Position numbers and translations under genes: made by a program
Origin: Gemmatimonadota bacterium
GTDB lineage: Bacteria; Gemmatimonadota; Gemmatimonadetes; Palauibacterales; Palauibacteraceae
Direction of reading: 5' to 3'
DNA length: 58,176 nt
Assembly (NCBI GenBank): GCA_039588275.1
Contig: JBDHAC010000021.1
Coordinates: forward strand, 1-58,176
The notes under the pieces: model-generated
The model's input: the letters and a program-made list of their open reading frames with translations, nothing else
What the model was told of the DNA's origin: nothing
Databases searched by the model: none
Shown: piece by piece, positions 30,847 to 40,171 of the stretch
Position numbering within the stretch: position 1 is the first letter of the stretch
Layout: every line of letters begins with the position of its first letter

Positions 30847-32571
30847 ATGTCCCATCCGAGGACAACCTGGCTCGTGCCATTCGCGCTGGTATCCGTGATC
30901 GGCCTGCACGTTGCGTGCTCCTCGCGGGATCTGCCGGACCGAGACTCGCCGCCCTCGTCCCCCGAGGCGGTGTCGCCGGCAGCCCCGGCGAAAGGGACGC
31001 TCACCGTCACCGCACATGGTGTTCAGGGGGCGACCGAGCCACCGATCCGCCATCGCACGGAGCTCGTTCGCGGGCCGGCCTATGGCGCCATGGAGGACAA
31101 CGATCTGCGGGGGTTTCTGGATGGCACGACGCAGTGGGGCTGGAATCAGCCAACGCAGATGCATGTCCGCGTAGGTCGCCGTACGGGCGGGCTCATCTAC
31201 GGGGAACCCGAAATCTTCCGCGTCCTGTATCGCTGGGACAGGATCCCGCTGCCGCGAGACGCGACGGTGCTGAACGCGAGGATGAAGGTCTTCGTCGAAG
31301 AGGCTCACGAGCGGGTTCGACTGTTCCTCTACAGCGTCAAGCAGGACTGGGCCCCCGGCACCGGGGGAGTGCTCGGCAATAACGTGAGCCCGCCCAAGCC
31401 CGGAGAGGTGTGGTGGAACGACGCGCGCTTCGACAGCCTCTCGTGGGGGCTACCCGGCGTAGGGTACGCATCGGACGAACCAGAGGCGGACACCCCTTCG
31501 ATGCCGTTGGCCGAAGTCGTGCTTCACCCCGGAGACGGGGCGTTCGAGTTGAGCTCTTCCGAACTGGCACGCTACGCGACCGAGCAAATTCGGGCAGGCG
31601 ACGCGCTGAGGTTCCTCCTGAAAGTCTCTGATTTCGACGAGGACGAAGCGGGATCGATCGCGACCCTCTACTCGGGCAACGAGGGCGACTCCTGGAGCGT
31701 GAGCCGGCACCCCCGTCTCGTGCTGGAATGGGAGGCGCCCCGAGCTTCGGCCACCACGGCGCGCCCGATCCTTCTGGAGCACGGTCGAGAGCTCGTACTC
31801 GATCCCATTTCAACACCAGGGGCTCGCTCGTTCGTGGTGTCGTTCAGGGCCGACGAGGCAAGTACGGGGGTGACAGGAGGGGCGAACGCATCACCGTGGA
31901 TCGAAGTGAGAGGCGGAAGCGCGACGGATACCACCGCGTGGCGTCCCGCGCCGCTCCCCTTCGAGGCGTCATGGGACTGGATCCAGGTTCGTCTGCTGGC
32001 GGTCCACCGGCCCATCGAGCTCGGGGAGGACTTCGTTTCCGAGCTGCGTGACACCTGGATCAGGACGGCGGCGCCGCGGGAGCAGATCGTCCCGTGGGTG
32101 TTCGTCTCGCCGAGCGGTCTCGTCGATACCGTAAGGGCGGAATACCGCGGTGACTTCACGTGGGTCGTGCGCTTCCGTCCAGAGGAGTTGGGGCCCTGGC
32201 AATACTCCTGGTCGCACCGATTCGCGGCTGCTCCATATCAGAGCGATGTGGGACGGTTCGACGTCGTGCTGCGAAGTCGCGAAGCCGCGTGGGAGGCCGT
32301 CGAGCGCCTCACAGTGGAGATGGAACGGGCGGCCGAGGCCATGTCGACCGAAGAGATCCAGCGGCGCTTCACGGCGCGGTTCGCACGCCTCGAACGGGCC
32401 GTGCTCCAGTGGGAGAGCCCGCAGTCGTATCGTGACTCCACACGGGCCCGTCTGAGCCCCTGGCTGCGTCGCATGCGGGCCGTGCTCGCAGGGCAGCCGA
32501 TCCCGGACTCGATTCCTCTTCGGGCCTCACCGCCCGCTGAATGGGAGCGGGAAGAACGGGAGTCTGGCTAG
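30847..32571 (+). CDS. Lipoprotein with a DNRLRE-like domain and a DUF5060-like C-terminal Ig domain
   Basis: Lipobox HVAC. The segment LYRWD.IP....V.NA.M...S.E....P.L resembles DNRLRE. W.VRF.P...G.W.Y resembles DUF5060. Confidence 0.5.
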   Translation: MSHPRTTWLVPFALVSVIGLHVACSSRDLPDRDSPPSSPEAVSPAAPAKGTLTVTAHGVQGATEPPIRHRTELVRGPAYGAMEDNDLRGFLDGTTQWGWNQPTQMHVRVGRRTGGLIYGEPEIFRVLYRWDRIPLPRDATVLNARMKVFVEEAHERVRLFLYSVKQDWAPGTGGVLGNNVSPPKPGEVWWNDARFDSLSWGLPGVGYASDEPEADTPSMPLAEVVLHPGDGAFELSSSELARYATEQIRAGDALRFLLKVSDFDEDEAGSIATLYSGNEGDSWSVSRHPRLVLEWEAPRASATTARPILLEHGRELVLDPISTPGARSFVVSFRADEASTGVTGGANASPWIEVRGGSATDTTAWRPAPLPFEASWDWIQVRLLAVHRPIELGEDFVSELRDTWIRTAAPREQIVPWVFVSPSGLVDTVRAEYRGDFTWVVRFRPEELGPWQYSWSHRFAAAPYQSDVGRFDVVLRSREAAWEAVERLTVEMERAAEAMSTEEIQRRFTARFARLERAVLQWESPQSYRDSTRARLSPWLRRMRAVLAGQPIPDSIPLRASPPAEWEREERESG

Positions 32572-33770
32572 GAGCTCGGCTCCCCTTCGGAGTCGCCTGG
32601 GGTACCCTCTCTATCCAATGGAACCCCTTCCGTCGCGCTTGACAGAAGCGCGCCAATCTGCTCGTACAAGGCCTCCGCCGCCCAGGCGTTCCCCGCCCGC
32701 GAGTAGTGCCCCCCGCCAGCGGCGCCGGCCGGGATGAACAGGGTCTCCGTTACCTCGGGGGAGAGCCCTCTGAGGGTCGGGGTCAGATCGAAGAAGGAAT
32801 AGCCCAGCGAATCCAAGACGACGCTCGCCCAGCTGCGCCAAGGGCCCTCTTCTTCCAGGTCCTGCAGCGTCGGCAGGTAGACGAAGAGCACCGCGCTCCC
32901 CTCGTTCTCGCTCGATCGGTATACCTCCTGGAAGATGCGTTTGATCACGGGCTGAAGGCCCTCGAGCCTCTCAGGGGAGGGGCGGTAAGGTCGAGATGAG
33001 AGACGGGTCAGGACACGCCCGGCGAACTCGACGATCCGAAGTCGTTCGGAAAGGCGAATGGAGAAGCGCGCGATCGCTGGCAGGACTCTGGGCACGGGCA
33101 CGTTGGCGACCGCGAGCGTATCGCCGTCGAGCCGGAAGATGGGCTTCGCATATCCGTAGTGGCTTCGCCGTCCCGCCCGGTCGAAGTCACCGCGTATGAA
33201 CGTGAATACATGAACATCGTGGGCGAGGGGCACGCCGTCGCGGACATAACGCAGATAGGACTGGTCCACGCCGTAGCCGGGCTGTCCGAGGTTGACAGTC
33301 TCGATCCGCTCATCGCGCTCGGTAAGCAGATGGCACCACGTGTCCTCGTTCCCGACCCCTTCGCCGAACGCGAACGAATCCCCCGAGCACACGATCCGGA
33401 TCCCACCGGGTGCGACGCCCGGTGCGATGTCGGTTGCCGCCCGGAACCCCTGCGCATTGGTGAGCAGTCCTCTCCGCGGACCCCAGAGGTCGGGCAGCGC
33501 GATGGAGGGAACGTTCACCCAGCCGAGCTCGGCGTCGTATTGGCTGTACGTGAGCTCGGCCGTATCGTCAGGCCCGTCAAACGCCGCCATGACCAGGCTC
33601 GCGCACCCCTCGAGCAGCGCTAACGTAAGCACTGTAATGAGAAGAAAGAGCCCGACGCGCTTCAGTACCTCGACGGGTGTGGCGCGTTGGCCCCGCGGCT
33701 CCCGCCGCGGAGCCCCGGGACCGTGGGGATCTTCCGCGACCCCCTGTTCCGGCTCTGCGGGATCGTTCAT
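32568..33770 (-). CDS. SGNH/GDSL-like membrane-anchored protein
   Basis: TM anchor, N.QGFR, GDSFAFG, NLG.PGYG, HY...GN. Confidence 0.78.
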   Translation of the reverse strand: MNDPAEPEQGVAEDPHGPGAPRREPRGQRATPVEVLKRVGLFLLITVLTLALLEGCASLVMAAFDGPDDTAELTYSQYDAELGWVNVPSIALPDLWGPRRGLLTNAQGFRAATDIAPGVAPGGIRIVCSGDSFAFGEGVGNEDTWCHLLTERDERIETVNLGQPGYGVDQSYLRYVRDGVPLAHDVHVFTFIRGDFDRAGRRSHYGYAKPIFRLDGDTLAVANVPVPRVLPAIARFSIRLSERLRIVEFAGRVLTRLSSRPYRPSPERLEGLQPVIKRIFQEVYRSSENEGSAVLFVYLPTLQDLEEEGPWRSWASVVLDSLGYSFFDLTPTLRGLSPEVTETLFIPAGAAGGGHYSRAGNAWAAEALYEQIGALLSSATEGVPLDREGTPGDSEGEPSS

Positions 33771-34825
33771 GACTCACGCCCGTGCGTCAGTTCGCGCCAC
33801 CACACTACGCCCGGAAGCAGCACAGCGAACCCGACGACCCGTGAGCCCAGCGCGATGGCCAGGGCATGCGTGGGGTCAGTTCCGAGGTGGCCCAGCAGGT
33901 ATACGAGGCCCCCTTCGAACACACCCAGACCTGCCATCGTGATCGGCAGTCTCACGGCGAGCATCGTCAACGGGACGGTCACCAGGAGCGCGACGAACGG
34001 GACCGCGACACCGAGCGACAGGGCGACCAACCAGAGCATGACGACCGGGACGAACTGCTCGATGATGCTGAGCAGCCAAACAGCGTACCATACGGGCTTG
34101 TGCTTGCGATATACCGCGCATGCCACCGAGAACCGGTGGAGCGATTCGCCCAGTCGGTGGTGTCGGTACCGGGCAAAGAAGCGCTCGACCACGCGTGGCC
34201 CCCACTCGGTTACCGGCAGAATGAGCGCGAGTCCGCTGAGCAGTGCGATAAGACCGATCCACGTACCACGCCCGTAGATGTCGAGCCCCGCGACGGGAGC
34301 GAGCGCGAGTGCCACGGCAGCCGCGACGCCCGTCGCCGCGAGCCCCAGTATCCGCTCTGCGACGACCGAGGCGGCGAGACGAGCCACCTGACCCGATCTG
34401 CGTCCGAGTCCCACAGCGCGAAGGAGGTCGGCTCCGCCCGACGCGGGCAGCAGGATGATGCCGACGCTGGCGGCAAAGTAGCCTCGGCCCGCGCGCCCAA
34501 GAGGGAAGTCCGGCACCTGCGCCCGCAGGAGCGGGAACCACTTTCCGAACATGAGCACACGGTCGGCGACCGCGACGAGGAAAGCCAGCGCGAGAAGAAG
34601 CGGGTTCGCGGAGCCGAGCAATTCGAGCAGGGTGCTCCAATCCAAGAGCCGGAGCACGAGCGCCAGCAGTACGGCCGTGAAGAGCCATCTCCACGATCCG
34701 GCGATTCGGCGCGAGGCTCGCTGATCTCCCGCGTCGACGCCCGCGGAGATCGGAACGGCCGCGTCGTTCGTTATGCGCAGAGACATGTTCGTGCCGGCGA
34801 AAGTGATCCGCGGTGATCGAGCCAC
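33767..34825 (-). CDS. Lysylphosphatidylglycerol-synthase TM region (flippase-like, UPF0104) protein
   Basis: LP.SGG.D..R, SV..ER..G, LPIT.AGLGV.EG. Confidence 0.8.
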   Translation of the reverse strand: MARSPRITFAGTNMSLRITNDAAVPISAGVDAGDQRASRRIAGSWRWLFTAVLLALVLRLLDWSTLLELLGSANPLLLALAFLVAVADRVLMFGKWFPLLRAQVPDFPLGRAGRGYFAASVGIILLPASGGADLLRAVGLGRRSGQVARLAASVVAERILGLAATGVAAAVALALAPVAGLDIYGRGTWIGLIALLSGLALILPVTEWGPRVVERFFARYRHHRLGESLHRFSVACAVYRKHKPVWYAVWLLSIIEQFVPVVMLWLVALSLGVAVPFVALLVTVPLTMLAVRLPITMAGLGVFEGGLVYLLGHLGTDPTHALAIALGSRVVGFAVLLPGVVWWRELTHGRES

Positions 34826-35033
34826 GTGGACTCGCGGCCGCGGCCTCGGACGAGCTCGGGATCGGAGCCGATTAGCGCCGATTGGAGATTGCGGGTATAC
34901 ATCCCGCTACCACCCGGTACCCTGAACTGGCGGAGCCTGATGCCGATTCTGATCCAGCCCATCCCCAACCACCATCGAATCACCCACCATCGAATCCGTT
35001 CGCAACACGCCTTTCGGCGTGGGTCGGGATCGC

Positions 35034-35049
35034 TGCAATGGCAGTGCCA
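35034..35049 (-). promoter_or_regulatory. Sigma54 (-24/-12) promoter
   Basis: Minus strand reads TGGCAC-TGCCA-TTGCA, an exact match to TGGCAC-N5-TTGCW, upstream of the gene starting at 34825. Confidence 0.65.
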
Positions 35050-35116
35050 CGACGCGCTTACGTGCAATCTGGCAGACGTGGGCCCTCAGCGGCAGGGTGT
35101 CGCTCCCCTATCGGAC

Positions 35117-35142
35117 CACCTGCTGCATCGATGCAACAGGTG
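35117..35142. promoter_or_regulatory. 26-bp palindrome, candidate enhancer (UAS) or operator
   Basis: CACCTGCTGCATCGATGCAACAGGTG with one mismatched pair, lying between two divergent sigma54-like promoters. Confidence 0.5.
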
Positions 35143-35230
35143 ATCGGCGCCGGGGCGAGCCCGTGGCGCGCCGACCCGGCGCACACGTGTCCGGTCGCGC
35201 CCCGATGACATGAGTGAGGGGTGCAGGCGT

Positions 35231-35246
35231 CGGCACCGACCTTGCG
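35231..35246 (+). promoter_or_regulatory. Sigma54 (-24/-12) promoter
   Basis: CGGCAC-CGACC-TTGCG, about 55 bp upstream of the epimerase start. Confidence 0.55.
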
Positions 35247-35300
35247 AGACGACGTGATCTGCGAGGGCCGACGGGCCACGGACGAGGAAGGTTAGCGGTC

Positions 35301-36284
35301 GTGCGAATACTGGTTACGGGGGGAACGGGATTCACGGGGACCGCGCTCGTCAGGCGGCTCGTCGAGCTGGGCCACGACGTGGTCGCCCTCGACAACAAGG
35401 AGGGTCTCGAGTCGGACGCCCTGCGCGCGCTCGGAGCCGACGTCCGGATCGGGTCCGTGGTGGACGCCGAGGCCGTCGCCGCGGCGATGAGAGGCGTTCG
35501 CGTCGTACACCACCTGGCGGCTGCCTTCCGCGAGCTGGATGTCCCCGACCAGTACTACGACGAGGTCAACGTAGAAGGTACTCGCAACGTGCTGGAAGCG
35601 GCGCTCGAGGGCGGCGTCGAGCGGTTCGTCTACTGCAGCACGTGCGGTGTGCACGGCGACGTCAAGGAACCACCCGCCGATGAGGACGCGCCGATCGCAC
35701 CTGCCGACTACTACCAGCGGACGAAGCACGATGCCGAGCCGCTCGTGGAGGAGTTTGCCCGCCGCGGGCTGCCCGCGATCACCCTCCGACCCGCGGCTAT
35801 CTACGGACCGGGCGATCCAGAGCGGTTCTTCATGATCTTCAAGCGGGTGGCGAAAGGGGTGTTTCCCATGTTCGGCTCGGGTCGGACGCTGTATCACCCC
35901 CTGTATATCGACAACCTGGTCGACGCGTTGTTGCTCGCGCAGGACAGCGAGGAGTCGTCGGGGCGCGCCTACCTGATCGCCGACGAAGACTACTACGCGA
36001 TCGAGACGATCGTCCGGAAGGTGGCAACCGCGTTGGAGGTCGAGGTCAGGATCCCCCACCTTCCGGTCCTGCCACTCGTCGTGGTCGGGCACCTGGTCGA
36101 GAAAGTGTGCAAGCCGTTTGGCCTCACGCCTCCGATATTCCCCCGCAGGGTGGATTGGTTTCGGCAGAACCGGGCCTTCGACATCGGTCGCGCCAAACGG
36201 GAGCTGGGCTACCGGCCACGGATCGATCTGGACGAAGGCCTGAGGCGCACCGCCGCATGGTACCGGGAGAAAGGGTACCTTTGA
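35301..36284 (+). CDS. NAD-dependent epimerase/dehydratase (extended SDR)
   Basis: LVTGGTGFTG, YxxxK (YQRTK), RP..IYGPGD. Confidence 0.92.
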   Translation: MRILVTGGTGFTGTALVRRLVELGHDVVALDNKEGLESDALRALGADVRIGSVVDAEAVAAAMRGVRVVHHLAAAFRELDVPDQYYDEVNVEGTRNVLEAALEGGVERFVYCSTCGVHGDVKEPPADEDAPIAPADYYQRTKHDAEPLVEEFARRGLPAITLRPAAIYGPGDPERFFMIFKRVAKGVFPMFGSGRTLYHPLYIDNLVDALLLAQDSEESSGRAYLIADEDYYAIETIVRKVATALEVEVRIPHLPVLPLVVVGHLVEKVCKPFGLTPPIFPRRVDWFRQNRAFDIGRAKRELGYRPRIDLDEGLRRTAAWYREKGYL

Positions 36285-36324
36285 CCTCGAGTCTCGACCG
36301 CACCCCGCACTCGGACAACACACA

Positions 36325-38262
36325 ATGTGCGGCATAGCCGGCATCGTATCGAAGGACGAGGATCTTCAGCGCCGCATCCATCCGATGCTTGAGGCGCTCA
36401 TCCATCGAGGCCCCGACGACCACGGTGCCGAGTTCCTGACCGGGGCCGCGCTGGGGAACCGTCGCTTGAGCATCATCGACCTCGAGGGCGGCCACCAGCC
36501 GATGTTCGATCCATCCGGCGCGCTCTGCGTCGTGTGCAACGGGGAGATCTACAACTACCTCGAGCTTCGGTCGCGCATGGCGGAGGAGGGGTACGCGTTC
36601 AAGACACGGTCGGACACGGAGGTCCTGCTAGCCCTGTACCAACGCTACGGCGCGGACTGCGTCCATCACCTCGAAGGCATGTTCGCCTTCGCCATCTGGG
36701 ACGAGCCGAAGCAGACGCTCTTTCTGGCGCGCGATCACATGGGGCAGAAGCCCCTCTTCTATCACATCTTACCAGATGGCATCGCCTTCGCGTCGGAGAT
36801 CAAGGCGTTTCTGAAGGCGGGGCTCCTGAATCCCGAGCCGGATCTCGAGGCACTGTATCACTACGTCTCGCTTCGCTTCCTGCCGGACGATGCTACGCTG
36901 TTCGATGGGGTACAGAAGCTCCCCGCCGCGCACCGGATGATCTGGAAGAACGGCGATCGGAGGATCGAGCGATACTGGCAACTGTCCTTCATCGAGAAGA
37001 TGCCCGGAAGCGAGGCGGAAGTGACCGACGCTCTGGAGGAGCGCCTGCAGTCGGCGGTCGCGGCACACACGGTATCCGATGTGCCGGTCGGAACGTTTCT
37101 CAGCGGCGGGATCGACTCGAGCCTGATGACGGCGATGATGGCACGGCAGACCACCGGGCCGTTTCCCACGTTCTCCATCGGTGTCGTGGAACAGGATTTC
37201 AACGAGCTCCCGTACGCGAGGCTCGTCGCGAAACGGTATAACACGGAGCTCCATGAACAGGTGGTCCGGGCCGACCTGGTGCACCTGTTGCCCGAGATGG
37301 TGTGGTACCTGGAGGAGCCGGCCGACCCGTTCGGTGCTGGCGTGTACCTGGTCTCGCGCCTCGCGTCCGACCACGTGAAAGTCGTGTTGAGCGGCGACGG
37401 CGGCGACGAGCTCTTCGCGGGGTATGATAGATTCGTCGGCAGCCGATACGTCGATTGGCTCGCCGTCATCCCCGCCCCGCTGCGACGGACCGTTATCCGA
37501 CGTCTCATCGATCGGGTCCCCGACAGCTTCACGTATAAGAGCCTGGCGCAGAGGCTCCGCTGGGCAAACGAGATGTCACTCCGGAAGGGAGGCGACCGCT
37601 ACGCCGAGGCCATGAGCTTCTTGCGCTTCACCGAGGCCGACAAGAGACGTCTGTTCACGGCATCTGCCCGAGCCGAGTTGGACGATGTGGACTCGACCCG
37701 AAAGATCCTCGACCACTTCCAGTCGGAGCATGCGGAGGAGCTGGTGGACCGCATGCTGTATACGGATCTGATGACACGCATGCCGGATCATCTCCTCGCG
37801 ATCGTTGACCGGATGGCGATGGCGTGCGGACTCGAGGTGCGTCCTCCACTCCTCGAGCATCGTTCGGTGGAGTTCGCGGCCCGTATCCCCCCTTCCTTCA
37901 AGCTCAAGCGTACACGCTTGAAGCACATTCTACGGCAGGTCGCGGAGCGCCATCTTCCAGCCGAGCTGGTGAACCGGAAGAAGCAGGGCTTCGGGTTTCC
38001 GCTGGCCAGGTGGATGCGCGGCGAGCTACGGCCACTCCTGGGCGAGGTGGCCCGGACTTCCCGCTTCGTCGAGATCGGCGCCTTCGATCGGGGATACGTC
38101 GAAGAGCTGATTCAGGAGCACGTCTCGGGGGCTCGAGACCACAACTACCGCCTGTGGATTCTCCTGAACCTGGAGCTTTGGCACCGTCGTTTCATCGAGG
38201 GCCAGTCACAGTCCGAAGTCGCGGGGTGGCTCGCAGAAGCCGCACCGCCCATCTCAGCCTGA
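36325..38262 (+). CDS. asnB: Asparagine synthase (glutamine-hydrolysing)-type amidotransferase, copy 1
   Basis: MCGIAG, RRLSIID, NGEIYN, LSGGIDSS, LSGDGGDELFAGY, K.GF..P. Confidence 0.92.
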   Translation: MCGIAGIVSKDEDLQRRIHPMLEALIHRGPDDHGAEFLTGAALGNRRLSIIDLEGGHQPMFDPSGALCVVCNGEIYNYLELRSRMAEEGYAFKTRSDTEVLLALYQRYGADCVHHLEGMFAFAIWDEPKQTLFLARDHMGQKPLFYHILPDGIAFASEIKAFLKAGLLNPEPDLEALYHYVSLRFLPDDATLFDGVQKLPAAHRMIWKNGDRRIERYWQLSFIEKMPGSEAEVTDALEERLQSAVAAHTVSDVPVGTFLSGGIDSSLMTAMMARQTTGPFPTFSIGVVEQDFNELPYARLVAKRYNTELHEQVVRADLVHLLPEMVWYLEEPADPFGAGVYLVSRLASDHVKVVLSGDGGDELFAGYDRFVGSRYVDWLAVIPAPLRRTVIRRLIDRVPDSFTYKSLAQRLRWANEMSLRKGGDRYAEAMSFLRFTEADKRRLFTASARAELDDVDSTRKILDHFQSEHAEELVDRMLYTDLMTRMPDHLLAIVDRMAMACGLEVRPPLLEHRSVEFAARIPPSFKLKRTRLKHILRQVAERHLPAELVNRKKQGFGFPLARWMRGELRPLLGEVARTSRFVEIGAFDRGYVEELIQEHVSGARDHNYRLWILLNLELWHRRFIEGQSQSEVAGWLAEAAPPISA

Positions 38263-38272
38263 GTCCCCCCCT

Positions 38273-40171
38273 ATGTGCGGCATAGCCGGTGGCGTATTCC
38301 GCGAGCGGGGGCGTCGTTTCGACGCCCGACTGCTCACCCGCATGCGTGAGACCCTCGTTCATCGCGGTCCCGACGAAGCAGGACAGGCGGTCATCGGCCG
38401 AGCGGGCCTCGCGGTGCGTCGCCTGGCGGTCATCGATCTCGAGACCGGGAGCCAGCCCGTCCACAACGAGGACGAGACAATCACCGTCGTCCTCAACGGC
38501 GAGATCTACAACTTCCGGGAGCTCCGGCATGACCTTACCCATCGCGGTCACCGGTTCAGGACGGCAAGCGACACGGAGGTGATCGTACACCTGTACGAAG
38601 AACACGGGGACGCGTGCGTCGACCACCTGCGGGGGATGTTCGCCTTCGCCCTGTGGGACTCGACGCGCCAGCAACTCCTGCTCGCGCGTGATCGCCTGGG
38701 TCAGAAGCCGCTTTACTATCACGAGACGAACGAGCGTCTGCTGTTCGGGTCGGAGATCAAAGCCATCCTGCAAGATGCCGCCGTGCCTCGTGAGCCGGAC
38801 TTCGCGGGGATCGACGGCATGTTCACCTTCGGGCAGACGCTTCCGGGGCAAACCTGCCTCCTCGGGATCTCTGAGCTGCCGCCCGCTTCCACGCTCACCT
38901 ACAACGACGGCATCAGCCGGATTCGTCGGTATTGGGATCTCGTCTTCGAGCCCTCGCCCCGGTACGACGAGCGCGATGCCGAGGAGCGACTTCTCTCGCT
39001 CCTTCGGGAATCGGTACAGATGCGCCTGATCTCCGATGTACCGTTGGGGGCGCTATTGAGCGGGGGGATCGATTCGGCCGTCGTGGTCGCGCTGATGAGC
39101 GAGGTCAGCGAGGAGCCGGTCAAGACCTTCTCGATCGGATTCGACGATCCCTCGTACTCCGAACTGGACGGCGCGCGGCTCACAGCCCGCAAGTACGCGA
39201 CCGACCACCGCGAGCTGGTTGTTCACCCGGACATCCGCGATCTCCTCCCCACGCTGGTACGACATCACGACACTCCCTTCTACGACCCCTCCGCGGTCCC
39301 GACTTTTCTCGTGTGTCAGCTCGCCCGCGAAGACGTCACGGTAGCGTTGTCCGGTGATGGTGGGGACGAGCTGTTCGCGGGCTACAACCTCTATCTGGCA
39401 GGGAAGGTCGCCCCCCTTTTCCGGTGGATTCCCGAGTGGCTCCGAGCCGGAGTGATCAAGCCCCTTCTCGACCTCGTTCCCGAATCCTACGGCTACATCA
39501 ACAGGGGCCGAGTGGCCCGAGAGTTCCTGCGTGGTGCTTCGCTCGATCCGCACGCGCGCTATGCGCGTTGGACGACAAAGGTCAAGCACGAGATGCGTTG
39601 CCGGATCTATCGAACGCGGGAGCTGGTCCGGCAACTCGAGGCGGACGAGAGCGATCATGCGGGCAGCCTGTTCGAGCGTCAGCCCGAAGCGACAACGCTT
39701 GGCCGGACCTTGTACGCGGACATCAACACGGAGCTGCCGGGTCAGATCCTGACGAAAGTGGACAGGATGAGTATGGCCTCATCACTCGAGGTGAGATCTC
39801 CGCTACTGGATCACCGCCTGCACGAGTTCGCGGCAACGCTCCCGGATCAGGCGAAGCTGCGCGGCTGGACCACAAAACACCTGCTCAAGAAAGTGGCGGC
39901 CGATCTGATCCCCGCCGACATAATCGGAGGCCCCAAGCGGGGATTCGGTATCCCGCTCGATCGCTGGTTCCGAGATGAGCTCTCGGGATTCGCGCGCGAG
40001 ATCCTGTTCGATTCGGTGACCGGGGCTCGCGGGGTCTTCGACAAGAGCGCTGTCGAGGGAATCGTCGACGACCATCTGGCGGGTCGCGGACACTACGGAA
40101 GAGAGATCTGGCTGTTGCTCACGATGGAATTGTGGTTTCGCATGTACATCGATTCCTGCCCCGGTGACTGA
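38273..40171 (+). CDS. asnB: Asparagine synthase (glutamine-hydrolysing)-type amidotransferase, copy 2
   Basis: MCGIAG, NGEIYN, LSGGIDS, LSGDGGDELFAGY, KVDRMSM.SLEVRSP. Confidence 0.92.
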   Translation: MCGIAGGVFRERGRRFDARLLTRMRETLVHRGPDEAGQAVIGRAGLAVRRLAVIDLETGSQPVHNEDETITVVLNGEIYNFRELRHDLTHRGHRFRTASDTEVIVHLYEEHGDACVDHLRGMFAFALWDSTRQQLLLARDRLGQKPLYYHETNERLLFGSEIKAILQDAAVPREPDFAGIDGMFTFGQTLPGQTCLLGISELPPASTLTYNDGISRIRRYWDLVFEPSPRYDERDAEERLLSLLRESVQMRLISDVPLGALLSGGIDSAVVVALMSEVSEEPVKTFSIGFDDPSYSELDGARLTARKYATDHRELVVHPDIRDLLPTLVRHHDTPFYDPSAVPTFLVCQLAREDVTVALSGDGGDELFAGYNLYLAGKVAPLFRWIPEWLRAGVIKPLLDLVPESYGYINRGRVAREFLRGASLDPHARYARWTTKVKHEMRCRIYRTRELVRQLEADESDHAGSLFERQPEATTLGRTLYADINTELPGQILTKVDRMSMASSLEVRSPLLDHRLHEFAATLPDQAKLRGWTTKHLLKKVAADLIPADIIGGPKRGFGIPLDRWFRDELSGFAREILFDSVTGARGVFDKSAVEGIVDDHLAGRGHYGREIWLLLTMELWFRMYIDSCPGD

